The notes beneath the pieces were generated by a model. The model saw only the letters and a list, made by a program, of their open reading frames with translations. It was not told where the DNA came from and did not search any database. DNA of 51,311 nt, the filler included, from Sphacelaria rigidula (Eukaryota), in NCBI GenBank assembly GCA_964200075.2. It is 3 parts of 3 records of this genome, joined end to end, with 100 filler letters (N's around TTAATTAATTAA, not from the genome) between each part and the next. Parts side by side here need not be neighbours in the genome. Positions count along the whole stretch, not along the records: positions 34,281 to 51,311 come from CAXNAA020001182.1; 2 more parts are not named here. One strand, given 5' to 3'. Within the stretch, counting starts at the first letter, position 1. Each line of letters begins with the position of its first letter. Below are positions 48,328-51,311 of this stretch, one piece after another. The position numbers and the translations under genes were made by a program.

Positions 48328-48616
48328 GTTGGTCTAACTGGCCACTCCGCGGATGCAGAAGCCAGCGCCAGCGCGGGCGGCGTCGGTGGCGTCAGCGGCG
48401 TCGGCGATGGAAGCCAAGGCGAAAGCGGGACGTCCGAGCAGGATAAGCCGCCGTTGGAGCACTGTGCCCTCATCACAGCTTCGGAGCAGGAGGCCGTGCG
48501 CGCATGGCTGAGCGAGGGAATTACCGTGAAGAAATGGACGTCCGGTGGGGGAGGGACACGGCGGCGGAAACTGCGTCTCGAGAAAGTTTCTGGAAGCGAG
48601 TCGGCCGCGGACACAG
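48328..48616 (+). CDS. Large low-complexity protein, exon 4; start of a PH-like domain. The gene probably continues downstream.
   Basis: CAG acceptor (phase 0) and CAG|GTGACA donor. WLSEGITVKKWTSGGGGTRRRKLRL resembles PH strands 1-2 (L-x-x-G-x-x-x-x-K...R-x-x-x-L). Confidence 0.65.
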
Positions 48617-49073
48617 GTGACATTGTGGATAATTACAAAAAATAATACTTGCAAAACAAAAATGATAACGAAGGGCTGCGATGTGGGGCAGGCACGATGC
48701 CATGCCGTCGTAATTTTCGCTTTAGGACGGCAGGGTGGTTGTCTGGGTCTTGCATTCATGTTTCGAGTAAAAATATTACTATCGTGTGTGCGTATGACGG
48801 ATGATACCACCCCGGGTGTACCCTGAATCTCGTTCTGTCTGTCTATCTGTCTCTCATTTTCTTTTTTCTCTTGCTCTTGTTTTTTTCAAGCCCTATTAGA
48901 AAGTGGTCTATCCAAAGAGTTTCACTCACCCTTTCGACTGCAAGATACAGTAGTCATAATTCATCTTGAGTTCCCTTCATCTTGCGCACATCCCCGTACT
49001 TTTTTTTTTGCGTATTATGTGATTTCGTGGGTGACTGTTTTTTCCAGGTAATGCAAGTAAAATGAAAAATAGC

Positions 49074-49820
49074 CAGGGGTCTGCACGTTACACGGGCCAC
49101 AACGTCACACGTTATGTTTTTGCCTAGACGTGACGTGAACGTTGAATTTTCGTAACTTGCCCAAACGTTCAAAACACGTGATACGAAACGTTTCAAAGTA
49201 AGTTCTATACAACGGCACAAATACAGGTTGTGTATTTTGCTAACAGCATGGGGTTACAAGTACGAGTGCAGGCTGTACTTGTAAGCTTGTACTACTGTAT
49301 TTCCGACTACAGGCTGTACTCTGCAAGCACAGTAGTGCAAGGTTACAAGTTCAGCCTGTACTCGCAAACACAGTGCGAGGTAGTTGCTGTACTTTGCAAA
49401 TTCAACAGACAGTAGTATGTGCTGTCGTGCGAATGCCCGAGCTTTTCAAAATTGAAAATTGAACAACAAAATATGAAAAGAGAAAATGAGATATGAAAAT
49501 ATAAGGGTCAAAAACGACTGAACGATGCACTGTAGAGAAGGTAACATTACACAGTCAAAGAATGTTATTACGCTCAAACATACGACGGACCACCAGCAGC
49601 GTCATGTACACGGTAACGTCAAGCGCTACACCATACGTTTCGGCGGTTTGAACATTGGTAAATGAGCCGCGACATGCACAGAATGAAACGTTATATTAGA
49701 CGTTACACGTTCCATGAAACATTTCATATTACGTTACATGTAACGAAACGTAACATTTTTTTTTTGACGTGCCAAACGAAACGTAACGTGAACGTGTAAC
49801 GTGTAACGTGTAGACCCCTG
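49074..49820. mobile_element. hAT-like non-autonomous DNA transposon
   Basis: TIRs CAGGGGTCTGCACGTTACACG and CGTGTAACGTGTAGACCCCTG, many subterminal ACGT/CGTTAC motifs, and partly matching 8-bp flanks AAAATAGC / AAGATTTC. Confidence 0.75.
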
Positions 49821-51237
49821 AAGATTTCCCAGATCCTCGTGGTCAGCGGGCCCCTGCAGTAAAGATTCAATCCTTTGGAGCGCCCAAGAATAGGCACCGA
49901 TCACTCAAATGATGGAACATATACGGAGGCTGCAAGGAACAAAGGGATGTCTTTTGTGCAAACTGTTGTTATTGACATACAGGTATGGGGGTGAATGAAG
50001 GCCTTACCGACCAAAAATCCGTTTCCCACAAGAAATAAAATGAATGCGGACAAATATTGAAGGCGTCATAGACTGGTAGGGCCTCTGCCGAACTTCTGCC
50101 GAAAATGACACACGCTCCATCCCAAGTTACCGAGGTTTAGTATGCGACACATGTAATTGTTTTCATCACAATTATCTGGAGACAGGAGAGCACAACGGCC
50201 TCTGAAACTTCACAGCCCCCCGCACACACACTAGACCTATTCAGTACCGCAAGCGAATTTGCTCCATTCGCCACAGGGGATCCGAAAAGCCCCAGAAGGT
50301 TGCATTAAAGGCGTTTGTCAGAACATTTTGTGTTTGGTGCAGCGGTTTGCAACGTGCTGCAGGTCCCGCAGCACGCGTACGGAAATCTGTCGCCACACTG
50401 AATAGTTCCGGTGTATGGTAAGCGCACGCATCAAACCGCAGTCCAATCATCTGCCTCGTTGCCGAGAAAATAGAGTTTAAAGATAAGCCCAACAACATAC
50501 TGCAACAAGAGGGGCACAACAACAACACGAGCAGCAGCTTTTCTTTTTTTTTTGTCCGCAGAGGACAGGAAGGGACCTTTTATCCATGCACTTCGCTATT
50601 TCTTGTTTCGTGCAGCGCTTCGAGTCGCTCCACCCGTCAGACATGCCCACCCGAGGGTAGACATGTTCAACGGATGTATGGATAGGCACCGAGGTGGGAG
50701 TGCCTCCTATTGTCGACCCTGTGTACAGGTGTACAGCAACGTCAGGCACAGATGGGTTGCAGAATGTATTATAGCAATATTACATTTTTTATGAGCGCCG
50801 TCGTCATTTCGAGTGACGCGTGTACTTTTGATTGATACTGACTGGCTCATTTGCGTTTCATTTCTACTGCGTTCAACTGACTGTGGAGTTGGTCGGTCCA
50901 TTTTCCAGATATATAGTGTCCAAAATGGGGCCCCAATCACCCCCATGACAGTAGTGGGCGATCTAACTATTTTTTTGTGGCATTTTGTGTTTTTTTCGTA
51001 TTTCGCGATTTTCTCGGGCTCTTTTCGCTTGCCACCGCCTATCACATTGGGGATGTAAAGATATTTGTATCCGCTCCACATTTCAAGGGGAAAAAATCAT
51101 CTGTACTCAGTACTGAGTGACGTACGGACTGACCGGTCATCGGGGGTCCTGCGACGTTTCAGCCCAGATTCTTACTTTTCGGTACTTTCGGTCGACCGAG
51201 CCTGTCCCGATCGTATTTGTAAAGCAATGTACACTTC

Positions 51238-51311
51238 TGTGTGTGTGTTGTCGTCCCATTTATTCTGGGCGCCAGTCTACCCCCTTTGGGATATGTGGGC
51301 GCATCAGCCGG
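51238..51311 (-). mobile_element. 3' end of a tRNA-derived SINE copy with (CA)n tail, truncated by the window edge
   Basis: (TG)n-TTGTCGTCCCATTTATTCTGGGCGCCAGTCT...ATATGTGGGCGCATCAGCCGG matches the other copies. Confidence 0.7.

Overview
Eukaryotic, intron-rich, repeat-dense genomic DNA. It is most consistent with a brown alga (Phaeophyceae, Ectocarpus-like); this is inferred from gene architecture and retroelement style, not proven. By hand splice and phase matching I reconstruct four genes. (1) The 3' part of a prolyl 4-hydroxylase-like 2OG-Fe(II) dioxygenase (+; exons 483-623, 4377-4547, 5953-6045, 6595-6729), ending in a VHL-beta-like domain and apparently using two GC-AG introns. (2) A tentative secreted-protein gene (+, 16120-19917) that spans an assembly gap and may contain an in-frame TGA. 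(3) An RGS-domain gene (-; exons 33706-33602, 31298-31224, 21286-21188, 20183-20070) whose upstream exons are probably lost in a gap. (4) A >1900-aa low-complexity protein (+, 35931 to at least 48616) that starts a PH-like domain. Introns and intergenic DNA hold a decayed RTE-type LINE, a tRNA-derived (CA)n-tailed SINE, a poly(C)-tailed LINE plus SINE-like partner with target-site duplications in G/C runs, and many foldback/MITE elements, including a ~1.7 kb inverted repeat. Two 100-nt gaps carry an artificial TTAATTAATTAA linker. All domain calls are motif recognition by eye; no searches were run.
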